Assembly (NCBI GenBank): GCA_019828565.1
Contig: JAHDYR010000005.1
Coordinates: 1,677,308-1,741,307, forward strand
Length of the DNA: 64,000 nucleotides
Direction of reading: 5' to 3'
Source of the DNA: Carpediemonas membranifera BICM
Lineage: Eukaryota > Protista > Fornicata
Of this stretch, positions 1-11,572 are shown piece after piece. A program made the translations under genes and the position numbers. The notes beneath the pieces are model-generated. The model was not told the DNA's origin. It made no database searches and saw nothing but the letters and a program-made list of their open reading frames with translations. The first letter of the stretch is position 1, and every line of letters begins with the position of its first letter.

Positions 1-69
1 CACAAAATGAAAATTTACGGAGATCTCTTCACGAGACTAATCCACACAAAACCAACAAGCCATGACACG

Positions 70-2460
70 TCATACTGCCATAAAAGCAGGGGGGAAGAAC
101 CCCCGCCTCCCATCCTCAGTCTCGCCATACAGCCACTGCCCCGCCTCTCCAGTAACTCGAGCCGAGTCGCCCCGTCGCATGGTAAGCATGCGGGGGTCTG
201 CCGAGATGAAATCAAAGCGGGCCCGGACTATTCGAGACCGGCGGACCTGTCGTACCTCGATCGTATCTGGAGATTCGTTGGTCTCAGTCCATTTTTTGAT
301 AAATTCGGCCAAGATTGCGTAAATCACCGCCTTTTTCGATGATGAAAACACGAGTGGGGTTGTATGACTGGGAATGAACAAGCTGAAGCACTTCCCCGGC
401 CTATCATGCAGCATGATCCCAGGCTTGAACTTGAACCTGTGCAACACGGTCCTCCTCTTTCCCGCGCCCTTTCTCAGCCACACAGTGAGGTCAGACGGAG
501 TCATATCAACATCCACAGCAATTCTCTCCCCTCCTTCATCAAGCCTGAGGTTGAACGTCGCCATTCCTCGTTCCACGGCTCGTCCGACCAGCTTTCGTCC
601 ACTCTTACACACAGTTGGACACGGGTCAGCGCTGAACACGGGTGGACTGCGTACTGTCGAGACACTGAGCTGACGCATCGATTGTGTGCCCAGAGGCGTG
701 TTGATTCCAGGAATATTGTGGGCCGACCCGGCAGGTTCCTCAGTCAAGGCGAGGTTGGAAGGCCGAGTAGACTCTGGCGAGGCTGTCTCCACCACCTGCC
801 AACGGGATTGGGGAAGGATCTCGTCTGTACCCTCGGCACATGACCCTGCTCCACCGTGACCTCGGCTGGTCGCCCGCAGTAATAAACTGTCTAATAAATC
901 TGAGTCGGAGCCTGACTCCAGCTCGCGGCTCAAGACATCAGTGTCTGCATCCTCGAGAAGCTCGGTGGTCGCCTCAGCATCTTCCCTCCAGTGTGCTTCA
1001 TGGTCTTCTCGTGCAGTGAGTGGTGAAAAAAAGAAGGCATCCTGACTCGACTCGAAGTCAGATTGACCGACAATCTTTGTGAGATCGTCCGTATCAGTAT
1101 CAGTATCACATGAATCCATTTGAGACGGTGTATCCGTCGTATCTAAATGATACAATCGATTCATCGTCATCTCCTCATAATCAGGATCATATTCGCTATC
1201 AGATCCGCAAACCAACCCAGAAACCACCCGATCTCTTCCCTTTGGTCGTGGAACCCTGCCCTTCGGCTTCCCAGGCTCCTCTAGGGTTGATATAGTCAAT
1301 GGACTATGCCTTTCCATGACTTCTGGCGTGGCCGATTCGGGTAGGGGGGAGTCCACATGCTCGTTGACTCTCGGCTTGCCAGGCTCCATGAGCGGAGAGG
1401 CTGGGGTGCCAGGCGTGTCGCGTGCTGGTGGGGTAGATGCATTTGGTGGGATTGTAAGCGGTGCTGGGGGTATATGGGCGATGGTGGGGTTGTGTGGCCT
1501 TTCTGGGCGATCAGAGTGGGCTTGAGGCGGCCTCTGCTGGAGTGTGTTGACATGGCATCCAGAAGCAGCGGCCGCGGCCTCTAGCTCCTTCACCGAGGAG
1601 GGGGTCAGGTGGTTTGCTCGCAAGTTGAGTGATACGAGGTGACCTTCGGCCAGAATAGATCTGAGACCGGCCATAGAAGAATCAGTGATGTCACAAAAAC
1701 TCAGGTCGACCCTCCTTACACTAGTGTGACAACGCAGTCCGTCTACCAAGTGCTGGAAACCGGCATCGCCCAGGCTGTTGTTGCCCAAGACAACAGATTC
1801 GAGGGTAGACCCGCATGGGGATGATGGGGAGACGAGGGCAGACAGCCCATGGTCTGGCCTGAGCGATGTACCCCACAAGTTGACTGACCGAAGCTTGGGC
1901 AATGTGGCGAGGGTGGCAAGGAGGGTTGACGTCTGATCGCCCACGTCACAACAGAATAGGTCGAGGTCAGCGAGCTCGGGGCAGGGTGAGGAGGCCAGGG
2001 TTGAGTAAAAGCCTTTGCTCAGTGGGTTTCCTGAGAGAGAAAAGGCTCGAAGGGAGGCGAAGGAGGTGAGTAGGGCAGAAACGACCGAGGAGGAGTGAAT
2101 GGAAAGGTTGTTAACTCGGGCATGGAACTCTAGCAGGTCGGAACCCTGTAGCGCCTCAATGATGGCGGACAGTCCGCGGTAGGTGAGAAAATTGCCCGAC
2201 ACGGCGACAGTACGGATGGACTTAGTCGAATAGGCGAGGAGATCAGCGAGTGCTGGGATACTATCATCTGTAAGACCTAGAGAGCTGATGTCTAGCGAAG
2301 TAGGGCTTCGTTTCAGGCGCTCAGCGAGTATGTTTTGAGTAGAATGCTGGTTCTCGCCGCTCCTTGAAGCTGTGGGCCCGAGATCTAGCGGCTGTTCTAT
2401 TTGTACAGGTTTAACATTAGCGGTAACGCCACGAGTACTAAGCTGGTCGAGAAGCTTCAT
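70..2460 (-). CDS. LRR (RNI/RanGAP-like) protein with central low-complexity region and C-terminal SH3 domain
   Basis: N-terminal LxxLxLxxN repeats (LESVVLGNNSLGDAG, LVSLNLRANHL). C-terminal SH3 signature ARFDF...LTMRRGD...WLYG...GFFPPAF. Start placed at MKLLDQL; the ORF is open to 2508. Confidence 0.8.
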   Translation of the reverse strand: MKLLDQLSTRGVTANVKPVQIEQPLDLGPTASRSGENQHSTQNILAERLKRSPTSLDISSLGLTDDSIPALADLLAYSTKSIRTVAVSGNFLTYRGLSAIIEALQGSDLLEFHARVNNLSIHSSSVVSALLTSFASLRAFSLSGNPLSKGFYSTLASSPCPELADLDLFCCDVGDQTSTLLATLATLPKLRSVNLWGTSLRPDHGLSALVSPSSPCGSTLESVVLGNNSLGDAGFQHLVDGLRCHTSVRRVDLSFCDITDSSMAGLRSILAEGHLVSLNLRANHLTPSSVKELEAAAAASGCHVNTLQQRPPQAHSDRPERPHNPTIAHIPPAPLTIPPNASTPPARDTPGTPASPLMEPGKPRVNEHVDSPLPESATPEVMERHSPLTISTLEEPGKPKGRVPRPKGRDRVVSGLVCGSDSEYDPDYEEMTMNRLYHLDTTDTPSQMDSCDTDTDTDDLTKIVGQSDFESSQDAFFFSPLTAREDHEAHWREDAEATTELLEDADTDVLSRELESGSDSDLLDSLLLRATSRGHGGAGSCAEGTDEILPQSRWQVVETASPESTRPSNLALTEEPAGSAHNIPGINTPLGTQSMRQLSVSTVRSPPVFSADPCPTVCKSGRKLVGRAVERGMATFNLRLDEGGERIAVDVDMTPSDLTVWLRKGAGKRRTVLHRFKFKPGIMLHDRPGKCFSLFIPSHTTPLVFSSSKKAVIYAILAEFIKKWTETNESPDTIEVRQVRRSRIVRARFDFISADPRMLTMRRGDSARVTGEAGQWLYGETEDGRRGFFPPAFMAV

Positions 2461-2616
2461 ACAAGGGCAGTTGTTGTTCATATTATGATAGATCCGAGCC
2501 CACCACATAATTCACGTAAATCCCCATGAATGATTCAGAGTGGCGACCCAACCCAAGTCACTGATCAACTACTACACCATCCACCTCCTTATTTACAAGT
2601 ACAGCAATCACCCAAC

Positions 2617-3444
2617 CTATCTCTTTATCGCCATCCGACCACCGTTCGGGAGCTTTTCAGCACACAACTCGCACAAGCACAGACTAAGAGAGTCCTCTAG
2701 GAGGTTCACAGGGTCACACTTCTTGTGCCACACCGATCTACACCGCACGCAGGTCACTGCCTCTGGCGCATCCTGCTTCGCCACTACTTTGAGGCATTTG
2801 ACGCATACATGGCCTGGACAAACGAATGAGTCTGCCTGGATAACTGGCGGGGGTCTCTTTCTTGCTATGTTATACGCCACCAAGGCCTCTACGCAATGTG
2901 TATGCATGAAGCAGAGGCAGTGAGGCACAGAACAGCGGCGGACTGTCCCAGTGTGGTCGTGCATGCCTCCTGTATCCGAGAAGGGCCCGCTCAGACCGCA
3001 CCAAGGCGCCGAGCATGCCCTGTGGCCGTGGGCGCACCCTGGACATACCCATTCATCTTCTGCACCGGGAGATTGGTCAAGACCGCCGCACGCAAGGCAG
3101 AAGCCCCTATCACAGCTGTCGCAGTACACAATCTCAGAGGTGATGGCTCCTTGGAGGCAATAGAAGCATGCATCCTCGTCATTGACAGCTTTCGGTTGAA
3201 TCCTTTTGGATAATGTGTCAGGAAATATGTCCGTGGGCACAACATTCACTCCTAGCTTCTCTTTAGGGGCTTTCGAGACCTCTAGATTCTTCTCAAACTC
3301 ATTGATGATCGTTTCATCGGTAAAATCTTCGGGACGGACCCATGAGCGCTCATTGTATCCTAGCCACGATACCAGGTACTCATAGTTCCCCCGTGTGCCT
3401 CTGCGGCGTACAATCCGCTCGATTTCATACACCTCATCGTCCAT
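2617..3444 (-). CDS. Chromodomain plus multiple PHD-finger chromatin reader
   Basis: YEIERIV...YEYLVSWLGY...SW chromodomain, followed by CxxC...CDSC...C..C...WVCPGC and further Cys/His clusters resembling NSD-type PHD arrays. Confidence 0.85.
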   Translation of the reverse strand: MDDEVYEIERIVRRRGTRGNYEYLVSWLGYNERSWVRPEDFTDETIINEFEKNLEVSKAPKEKLGVNVVPTDIFPDTLSKRIQPKAVNDEDACFYCLQGAITSEIVYCDSCDRGFCLACGGLDQSPGAEDEWVCPGCAHGHRACSAPWCGLSGPFSDTGGMHDHTGTVRRCSVPHCLCFMHTHCVEALVAYNIARKRPPPVIQADSFVCPGHVCVKCLKVVAKQDAPEAVTCVRCRSVWHKKCDPVNLLEDSLSLCLCELCAEKLPNGGRMAIKR

Positions 3445-3556
3445 GACGTTCCCTCACCGGGATTGGCGGAGCACGAGTCGTCTCGAGTCGCATTAGAATA
3501 CAGCTTGGAAAGACACCTTGAGTGGCCCAGAACAAGCCAGTAACCAACCATTCTGT

Positions 3557-4144
3557 CTAAGTTTTATCACATCCACTTGCTCCACCGTTATCAATGGGTC
3601 GGATGACTCTGCACGGGTTACCCGCAGCTACCACGTCAGAAGGGACGTCCATAGTCACTACTGACCCTGCCCCGATGACACTGTTAGCTCCTACGGTGAC
3701 CCCGGGGCATATTATAGCTCCCCCACCGATCCAAACATTGTCGCTGATGATGATGGGTTTCCCGAACTCAACCGCGTCAACTACCCGCCCTTGTACATCC
3801 AATGGGTGTGCAGCAGTGTACAGCTGGACGTTTGGACCGAGCATCACGTTTTCTCCTATCGTAATGGGGCAAATATCAAGCATAGTGCAGTTGAAGTTGG
3901 CATAGAAGGAACGGTCAAGGTGGATGTTAGTGCCATAGTCGCATCTAAATGGTGGCTCAATGAATGCGTCGTTAGAACCAGGGATAAGGCTGTTGATTGC
4001 TTCGCGCCACTCTGGTGTCATTGGAATTGAAACATTGAGGGCTTTCAGCTTGTAGCGAGCAGCAATACGAGCATCAACTAACTCAGTATCCCATGCATCG
4101 TAAGCTTCACCAGCAATCATCCTGTCCCATTGCCTTTCCGTCAT
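3557..4144 (-). CDS. maa: Maltose/galactoside O-acetyltransferase (hexapeptide-repeat family)
   Basis: FIEPPFRCDYGTNI, FYANFNCTMLDICPITIG, VWIGGGAIICPGVTVG and AGNPCRVIR motifs of the Maa/LacA family. Confidence 0.9.
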   Translation of the reverse strand: MTERQWDRMIAGEAYDAWDTELVDARIAARYKLKALNVSIPMTPEWREAINSLIPGSNDAFIEPPFRCDYGTNIHLDRSFYANFNCTMLDICPITIGENVMLGPNVQLYTAAHPLDVQGRVVDAVEFGKPIIISDNVWIGGGAIICPGVTVGANSVIGAGSVVTMDVPSDVVAAGNPCRVIRPIDNGGASGCDKT

Positions 4145-4440
4145 CCCTCGACACTGACTTCATCAAGTCGAAAATGGCCCGCCACCCTGTTCCCGTTCAT
4201 GATCGCTATAGACCCCCTTGCTACCCCCAACCCATCTGCCGGACTAGTTCCAACGTCGTATCATCGGCACAAGCAGTCGAAGCTCGTATGACACTTGACA
4301 GTAAGAACCCAGGGCAATTGAACCTAGTGGCCTGGTATGATGGTGTTCATGTCACATGATTAGCTGCTAACTGCAACGTACTGTTCTGGGTCTTCTTTCG
4401 CAGGTGCAGTTTTAGGAAGGCTGCCAGGCAATACTCCCAG

Positions 4441-6030
4441 ATGCCGAGGGTAGCGTGGAAAACAGTTGATGCGGAGATTGCCAACGAGCTTATGGCGTTC
4501 ACCATTTCTCACGAGCGTTCCATGCCGCATATCCGCCACACAGGCCGCCATTCAAGGCCATACGAGGTAATGACGGCCTCAGATTACGTCAACGCCAAGT
4601 GTAGGCTCACAGTACAGCCAACGAACAGCTATATGAAAGTTTTCGCCGACCCTAACAACAACGTGGACTGGGACGACATCAAAACGATCAGTGTGATGGC
4701 CCGGAGCGAAAGAACATGCCCCATATGCCTCGGGGAACCTGTGGTACCCATCATGCTCAAGTGCGGCCACATATTCTGCTGGTCCTGCTTCATGGCTTTC
4801 CACTATCTCACCAAGACTCAACACGAGGCGTCATACGGCGTTGCATTCAGACCCTGCCCGGTGTGCAACGAGCCAACCCGCCTATCACATGCCAGGCTGT
4901 GTGATATAGAGCTCCATCCTGTCCCGGGGCCGAACACTGTTGCGGAGATGTCCCTCATCCGCAGACTACGGGGAACACACCTCTGCTGGCCTGCGTCGGA
5001 TCCAGCGCGGGCCTCGTCGTTTACTAGGCTATGGATAGGTACAGATATGCGTCGGGTGTTCGGTGATGCATTTACCAAGCTCGCAGTCCAAAAGATCGAG
5101 GAGGGCATGCCCACGGGGCGGTTCGTCGAGTCGGCACAGATGCATCTGGCAGAGGAAGCGTACAAGACAGCCGTGGAGTTCGGCAACGAGGTCCCCCCGC
5201 TGCCCGAGACATGGGGGGACAGGGAACCCTGGCTCAAAGCCGTGCTCGACAGCGATGCTCTCGTATTGGGCGATAGGAGCGCTATGCCTGAGGACACAGC
5301 TGCCGTGGTGGCCCAGCAGAGGCTCCTAGAGACAGGAACGGCCCCCAAGGGCGAGGTCCTCACGTTCTACCAAGCAACCAACGGCGCCCGGCTCGTTCTC
5401 AACAGTACATCATTCAGTGCTCTCACCCATCATGTAGACACCGCCCTATGGGGCACCCCACCACCCAAACTTACAGTGCTCGTGCATGATATCGCGTCCT
5501 GTAGAATGGGTTCTGTTGGTCGACCCGTGAGATTTCTAGACCACATGCCTAAGTACACAAGCATTGAGTGGGTCAACGTGGCGTGGACCGGGCAGACTTC
5601 TGTGAGGCTGGGGAAGGAGACCATTGCTAAGCACGGCAGGAAGCTGAGTCTCAGGCGGCCAAGGGTGAAGAAGACTGGGAATGCCAGGCAGCGGGACGTG
5701 CCGGAGACAAAGGAGACGAAGGAGGAACCCACCCCACCTGCTGCTGCTAACCCAGCAAACAGTGAGGTTTTTTTATTCGATGTTCCACCAAGGTCTGAGC
5801 AAAGGTCAAGCAGCGAGAACACAGAGCCACCCACACCTGCGGAGCCGGAGCAGAAGGCCAGTGAGGCAGAGGCAGTCGCCCCAGGCCAGCTGAGGACCCA
5901 GGACGTCGTCTCCTTCGCTGATGCGATCGGATGTCTCAGGGGAAGTAATGCACCGAAGGTTACGGGTAAGATGAAGAAGCGCAAGGACAGACAGACACTG
6001 TGGTCGACCTCGGGGCCGTCTTACAGGTGA
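4441..6030 (+). CDS. RNF10: RNF10/Mag2-like C3HC4 RING E3 ligase (true start may be further upstream)
   Basis: DYVNAKCR...DP...VDWDDI segment preceding CPICL...CGHIFCWSC...CPVC, plus the FYQATNG motif. Confidence 0.75.
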   Translation: MPRVAWKTVDAEIANELMAFTISHERSMPHIRHTGRHSRPYEVMTASDYVNAKCRLTVQPTNSYMKVFADPNNNVDWDDIKTISVMARSERTCPICLGEPVVPIMLKCGHIFCWSCFMAFHYLTKTQHEASYGVAFRPCPVCNEPTRLSHARLCDIELHPVPGPNTVAEMSLIRRLRGTHLCWPASDPARASSFTRLWIGTDMRRVFGDAFTKLAVQKIEEGMPTGRFVESAQMHLAEEAYKTAVEFGNEVPPLPETWGDREPWLKAVLDSDALVLGDRSAMPEDTAAVVAQQRLLETGTAPKGEVLTFYQATNGARLVLNSTSFSALTHHVDTALWGTPPPKLTVLVHDIASCRMGSVGRPVRFLDHMPKYTSIEWVNVAWTGQTSVRLGKETIAKHGRKLSLRRPRVKKTGNARQRDVPETKETKEEPTPPAAANPANSEVFLFDVPPRSEQRSSSENTEPPTPAEPEQKASEAEAVAPGQLRTQDVVSFADAIGCLRGSNAPKVTGKMKKRKDRQTLWSTSGPSYR

Positions 6031-6237
6031 CATCATGTAACATGTAACATGTAGCGCTGTGAGATTGGCAGTGCTGTTGATCGCCTTTACCTGGAGCTGA
6101 CGGAGTATGGTATAAACACTTCGCATGGACTCGTGAGAGCGCTCTGTATGCACACAGCGACCTTCTGCTTCGGATGTGGCCGCTAGCACTCCACGGAGTC
6201 GTCGGAAAATCAACAACCGTGCAGAATTGCAAACGTC

Positions 6238-7503
6238 ATGTCTAAGCCGCCAACAGCCCTTAATAGGCGGTTTATATCAGCAGTAAGCTCTGGTTTAGAC
6301 ACATCCATTTCAAATAAGCGTCCAGGAGTTCCTGCAGGGCGAGCACGTCCAACCACGCCGATTTCAACGGCAACAAACGCGATGGTTGCGCAACTGCTGT
6401 CCACAGGCTCTTTAAACACCGGGAAGTCACCGCCCCGGTTTTCTGCGAGCTTCACAGGCACTTTGAAGGACAGTAGTTCATGGTCTCCATCACCACGGAA
6501 GCCCGCAGCCGTCGTAATGCCGATCGAATCACCGCGAATGGTGCGTCTAGTGGAACCTGACGACAGAGATGAGATCGATCTGCCGAAGTCGAACTTTGAC
6601 GACCCAGACACCTTTGGCGGTGGTATGATCCTCATGTGTGATCGAAACGATGTGCTCAGGCCCCCCGCTGAGGCTACAGCGAAGAGTACACGCCCCACTA
6701 CCCGCCGTGTGATGCTCCCTACCGAGCGCATCCCTTCACCCGACAAGCAGCTCTCCGCACCTCCCTCCCGCGGCCCTGTGCTGCCTGCCACAGGTCTAGA
6801 CCTGGAAGACAGCCTCTCTGACGACGAGGGGCAGATTAGTGATGTCCCATCATCCGAGTCAGAGGCAACTGAGTATCTATACCAGAACTGGACGGGTTTC
6901 AGTCCGTATACCCTCGCAAACTCCCCAGGGAGCTCTGGTCTCAGTCCAGAAAGCAGCAGGTTCAATAGATCAGCGTATCAGGAGCCAATGATGATCCCCG
7001 AGAGCCCTGGCGGTGCAGACTCCGAGCTTGACTGGGCCGGGTATAGTCTAGGCGGGGCAGAGTTGCCAACAAGGCAGCTAGCAGAGAACCAGGCGTATGC
7101 TTATCAAGAACAGCCGCAGACCCAACCCGTGAGACAGAGACAGAGACAGAGACAGAGGCCGGGTACTCCTGCCGGAGAAAGGTTTGCTAGGCTGGAGGCG
7201 ATCAGATCGCAGGCTAGGGCACGATTGTATGAGCACTTGAAGCATGGGAGGGAGCAAGAGGAGACAGACAGAGAGCTCACAGACCGCCTAGACAAGCAGG
7301 CTGCCACACCAGCGAGAACTTCCATCACACGTGGCAGAGCAAGACCTATTCCACAGTCAACGATGGTCAACGACGGGTCGACTCCATGTGGGTCACGGAC
7401 CCAGCCCGTGGGAGTTGCCATGACATCCCCAGTTGTCCGGGCACCCCCGAATGGGGTGCCTGTGCGGATCTCGAGGGGGAGGCGACTTGTGCCTTTCCAG
7501 TGA
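6238..7503 (+). CDS. Hypothetical low-complexity Ser/Pro-rich protein
   Basis: 421-aa ORF filling the interval. Contains a (GAGACA)n repeat encoding RQRQRQ at ~7131-7157. Confidence 0.55.
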   Translation: MSKPPTALNRRFISAVSSGLDTSISNKRPGVPAGRARPTTPISTATNAMVAQLLSTGSLNTGKSPPRFSASFTGTLKDSSSWSPSPRKPAAVVMPIESPRMVRLVEPDDRDEIDLPKSNFDDPDTFGGGMILMCDRNDVLRPPAEATAKSTRPTTRRVMLPTERIPSPDKQLSAPPSRGPVLPATGLDLEDSLSDDEGQISDVPSSESEATEYLYQNWTGFSPYTLANSPGSSGLSPESSRFNRSAYQEPMMIPESPGGADSELDWAGYSLGGAELPTRQLAENQAYAYQEQPQTQPVRQRQRQRQRPGTPAGERFARLEAIRSQARARLYEHLKHGREQEETDRELTDRLDKQAATPARTSITRGRARPIPQSTMVNDGSTPCGSRTQPVGVAMTSPVVRAPPNGVPVRISRGRRLVPFQ

Positions 7504-8030
7504 GAGCGGGGCAGTGTAAATGATAGCTTGGTACGGCGTGTGTGGATGTTGATGTGGAGTGTGTTGGACATTGTTGGAGGAGGAGGTGGAGAGGTTGATT
7601 TCTTTAGTTCTTGGGTGAATTCAGTTGAGCGATGTGGCGATCCAGACCGTGGAGGCTTTCGTGAGTAGTTGCCGACCATGGAGAGTATTTTGATTGATAT
7701 CCCACAATCTAGTCTGAAATAGAATTTTTCGCAGAGTTGTGCGAATCTGAGTTCGTCAAATAATATTCGACGAACTAGTCTCTGTAGCTCTGCCATGTGC
7801 ACCCTACAGCTCAATGACCGCGTTCTTCCATTGAGCACCCACCACTGATCACCTCAACCTTTGATCATGCCATGGTGATTTTAGCACTGCGTCTCGCAAA
7901 ACAACGCCAGCCACCACTAGTAGCCCGCACACTCTGCATACATGACATCTGACCCATGATGTGATCAGATCAGACAGGTTAGGGTCTGTGGAGTCGCAGA
8001 ATTTCAATCACAAAACACCGGCCGTCTTTG

Positions 8031-9463
8031 ATGCTTGCTCCCGGTTCCCTCATCAAAGACCGTTGGAAAATCGTCAAATCATTGGGACAAGGCGCATTCG
8101 GGCAGATCTATGAGTGTAACGACCTTGAAACCGGCAAGCATCACGCGATTAAGCTTGAACGCCGCGATAGTAAGCGTTCCGTCCTCAAAATTGAGGTGGC
8201 CTTCATGCGGAAGGTTCGAAAATGCCCTTCCGTTCCATCATACATGTTTGTTCAGTGCTCTGCGGTCCCTCCAACGCACTCTTTCATCGCGATGACGAAA
8301 CACACATTTGGGCCCACAGACCTTATTGATCCTCACACAGCACCTGCGGCACCACTAGGAGCTTCAACTTCCTCGTCATGGAGATGTGCGGGGTTAACCT
8401 AAGCAATCTCCGCAAATCCAGACCCGAGCAACGCTTTTCACTCACCACCGTCCTCAAGCTCGGCATCTCGATGGTCGCCTGCATGAAGGACGTCCATGCC
8501 GCGGGCTACGTCCACCGAGACATCAAGCCCTCGAACTTTGTCCTTGGAAACGGCAACAACCGGGTGTACATCATCGACTTCGGCCTCGCTAGACGCTACA
8601 TCGACGACCACGGCGAGCCCCAGCAACCAAGGGGTGACCCTGGCTTCCGCGGTACGGCCCGCTACGCCTCCGTGGCCTCCCACCAGGGCAAGGACCTGGC
8701 GCCCCGGGACGACTATTGGTCTCTCCTCTACCTCATGATCGAGATGCTCACAGGCTTCCTCCCCTGGCGCAGACAGAAGGAGCGCGACCGTATTGGGGAT
8801 GTCAAGGCTCTCTGCCTCACGCACGACACGTTGACTTCAGGTCTGCCCGCCTGCTTCCAGCATTTGCTTGATTATCTCAATGCCTTGAACTTTACTGATC
8901 CAATCAACGCTGAATATATACAAACCCTGTTCCTAGACGAGATTCGAACCCGGTCCCTTTCCGTTTCGACTGACTACGACTGGTGCCAACCAATCCAGCC
9001 TGAGCTATACACCCCTACTACTGCCCTGTACTCTACTAGCAAGCCTAGTTCGGGCAAGAGACACGCACGAGATCACGCCCGCGGCCATGGCGAGGTGGCG
9101 TCAACTCCTGTGCTCCGCCTTCCCTCCGTGTCGACTGCTCACTCAGATGCGCCACAGATGACATATGCCTCGACTGCTAGGTCGACCGTTCACCGTCTAC
9201 CCACGCTGGACAAGAACTCTCGGTCGCACTCTTTCTCATTCCAGTCTGCCGACTCGAGCTCCAGGAACATTCCTGTGGAAAGAGAGAGGCGGGTGTCTGC
9301 CAGCCAGCCATTTACTATTTATGAGGACGATAACAGCCCAATGGTTGCCACTGGGAGGAAGAGGTCGGGCGGGCTGTCATCAAACGTGTTCTCTCCCGTA
9401 CTCGCCCAGAGAACGCTGAGTTTGAATGGACCAGGCAGTTTCCTCCTTCACGAAACTCACTGA
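8031..9463 (+). CDS. TTBK: Tau-tubulin kinase / casein kinase 1 family; intron 8246-8340
   Basis: LGQGAFGQIY, AIKLE, LKIEV, HRDIKPSN, DFGLAR and FRGTARYAS motifs. Removing the 95-nt GTTTGT...CACAG intron joins the two ORFs in frame (PSYI-TCGTTRSFNFLVMEMCG). Confidence 0.9.
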
Positions 9464-9566
9464 GGTCGAGTGAGCAGCGCTTTGAACAATTGATTGATGA
9501 ATTTTCCCTTAAATAACTCACTGACCTCTTTTTATTTATTTTTTTCAACAACGACAACGGCGTTTT

Positions 9567-11279
9567 CTACCGAGCATTCGGGCCCATTGTCCTGTAATAC
9601 GTCTGGTAGCTTCCATTCATGCCAGGCATCTGATATGCTTGCACCGGAATGAACTGAATTGCCTGCATACCGTTCTGCGTCGTATACGGCTGCGGTACCA
9701 TCAACTGGCCATACTGATTGACAACCATCTGAGGGTATTGGTAAGTCTGGGGAAATTGGGTGGTCGGATAGAACGAGGCGGGCCTTTGCTGGGCGATCGG
9801 AATGGACGGGCTGACTTGAGGTCTGGTACCAGTGTTCGTCATGATTCTGGGTGCACGTCTAGCAGCACCATCGGCCTCGGCGCGGCGTTCCAGACAATGG
9901 TGGATGTCGGGACGGTTGATGGCGTGACCCTCGGCAACCGTGGCTTCCACGATACGGCCCACGATGCCGTAGCGGGTGCCCATGCCCTCACATACAGGGT
10001 CGACGGGGGCGAGGGGCTCCGTTTGACGGCTGGATGCCCAGGGGGCTACGGGGGCTTTGTAAACGGGCTTCTCGGGAACCGGAGCAGGGGCTGGAGCGGG
10101 GATTGGAGCGGGGGCGGGGGCGGGGGCGGGAGTAGGTGTGGGTGCCACCGTCTCGACTGGTTTAGTGGGAGTCTCCTCCGCAGTTTTAGCCACAGGCTTC
10201 TCCTTGGTCTGACGCCTGCCCTTGGTCTTTCCAGTGGCCAGGCAGGGGTACAGGTTCTCCGGTAGTGTAACCCGCGCCGGCATGATGATATGACCCGGGG
10301 CAACCGGAGCCTGGTCAAGCATGGTCAGCAGCTCAGCCAGGTCGCCAACGGGGGCGTCGACGATACGGCTGGCGGGGGTTGACGAGGCATTGAGCTGGGC
10401 GGCGATAGACTTGAAGTATCCTGTTGGTGGGACCTGGCCAAGCCGGCGATGGGGTACCTTGCCCGAGGAGGACGTCATAGGCTTGTTAGACCTCCACGAA
10501 GACACCGCAGCGGCCTTGGAGGCTGTAGAGTTCAGTGAGGCAGCAGAATCAGTCCTTGTGAGGGTCTGTCCGACGAGGGGGACGTTGGATTGGGCCGGCT
10601 CGTAAGAACGACGGGAACGATCCAAGTCACTGCCGACAGAGTCTGTCCGTGACATCACGTGCGGGGGCGGGCGGGCGGCCTGGAATCCGTGGCTGCGGCC
10701 TTCACCCCACGGGATGTACTCCGTTCTTTCAGTGCGGCGGAAAACGTTGCGGATCTCGGTAGGCTCTAGAGCGTCATACGGCTCGCGAGGGGCATGTCTC
10801 ACAGGGATCGGCTCAACTGTGGATTGAACCGACTTCACGGGCGAGAGCTGGGGTGAAATCCGATCATCGTCCATCTCGGCCCAATCGGGCGACACCGACA
10901 CAGGCTCCGGAGGGGTCTGGTTCGACGCGTGGGAGGACATCACAGACGCTACTTCCGAGTCTTCGGGCGTTTCATGGCTGATAAGCGTCGTCTCGAGGTG
11001 AACGGCGTCAATTTCTTTTGACACGTCGGCGACATCTTCGGTGGTGATAACTGGAGACATATCGGGCCGGGAAACTGCAGATGCATAGTCAATGACGTTT
11101 CCATCGCTCATAGGCTCCTCCTTAGATTCCTCGGGTGCTGCTTTCTGCATCGCAGGTTCATTCTTTGAGGACTGAGAAGCCTTTGACGGCATATCATGTA
11201 CAGATGGCATCGGAGAGTCTCTTTTAGATCCCTTGGAAGTTCGACCGCGTCCACCACGACCTCTAGAGTGAGTATTCAT
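9567..11279 (-). CDS. Hypothetical disordered Pro/Gln-rich protein
   Basis: Long ORF with a PAPAP repeat and a Q/Y/P-rich C-terminus. No recognisable domain. Confidence 0.55.
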   Translation of the reverse strand: MNTHSRGRGGRGRTSKGSKRDSPMPSVHDMPSKASQSSKNEPAMQKAAPEESKEEPMSDGNVIDYASAVSRPDMSPVITTEDVADVSKEIDAVHLETTLISHETPEDSEVASVMSSHASNQTPPEPVSVSPDWAEMDDDRISPQLSPVKSVQSTVEPIPVRHAPREPYDALEPTEIRNVFRRTERTEYIPWGEGRSHGFQAARPPPHVMSRTDSVGSDLDRSRRSYEPAQSNVPLVGQTLTRTDSAASLNSTASKAAAVSSWRSNKPMTSSSGKVPHRRLGQVPPTGYFKSIAAQLNASSTPASRIVDAPVGDLAELLTMLDQAPVAPGHIIMPARVTLPENLYPCLATGKTKGRRQTKEKPVAKTAEETPTKPVETVAPTPTPAPAPAPAPIPAPAPAPVPEKPVYKAPVAPWASSRQTEPLAPVDPVCEGMGTRYGIVGRIVEATVAEGHAINRPDIHHCLERRAEADGAARRAPRIMTNTGTRPQVSPSIPIAQQRPASFYPTTQFPQTYQYPQMVVNQYGQLMVPQPYTTQNGMQAIQFIPVQAYQMPGMNGSYQTYYRTMGPNAR

Positions 11280-11572
11280 TCCCCTTGTTATGTGCGCCTC
11301 TGCAAACTTCTGGACGCCAGGAGAAATCGTGACACGTGCGCATAATTCCCCCTGCGGGCACCACACACGCCTCGAGGCTGACTATTTCAACCCTGGTTCA
11401 TTTTGCGCCTTCGTGACTATGATGCCAGCATATCACGGAAAAGGGCCGCAGATCCTTTTTAGAGACAATCTAAGAGGGTTTTTAGTATCATCGTATGTTG
11501 TAGCCTGGCTCTCCGTGCTTATTTAGCTCTAAAAAGGGGCAGAATCGGTGTGCGCGTGATGTCGCTGACGCT

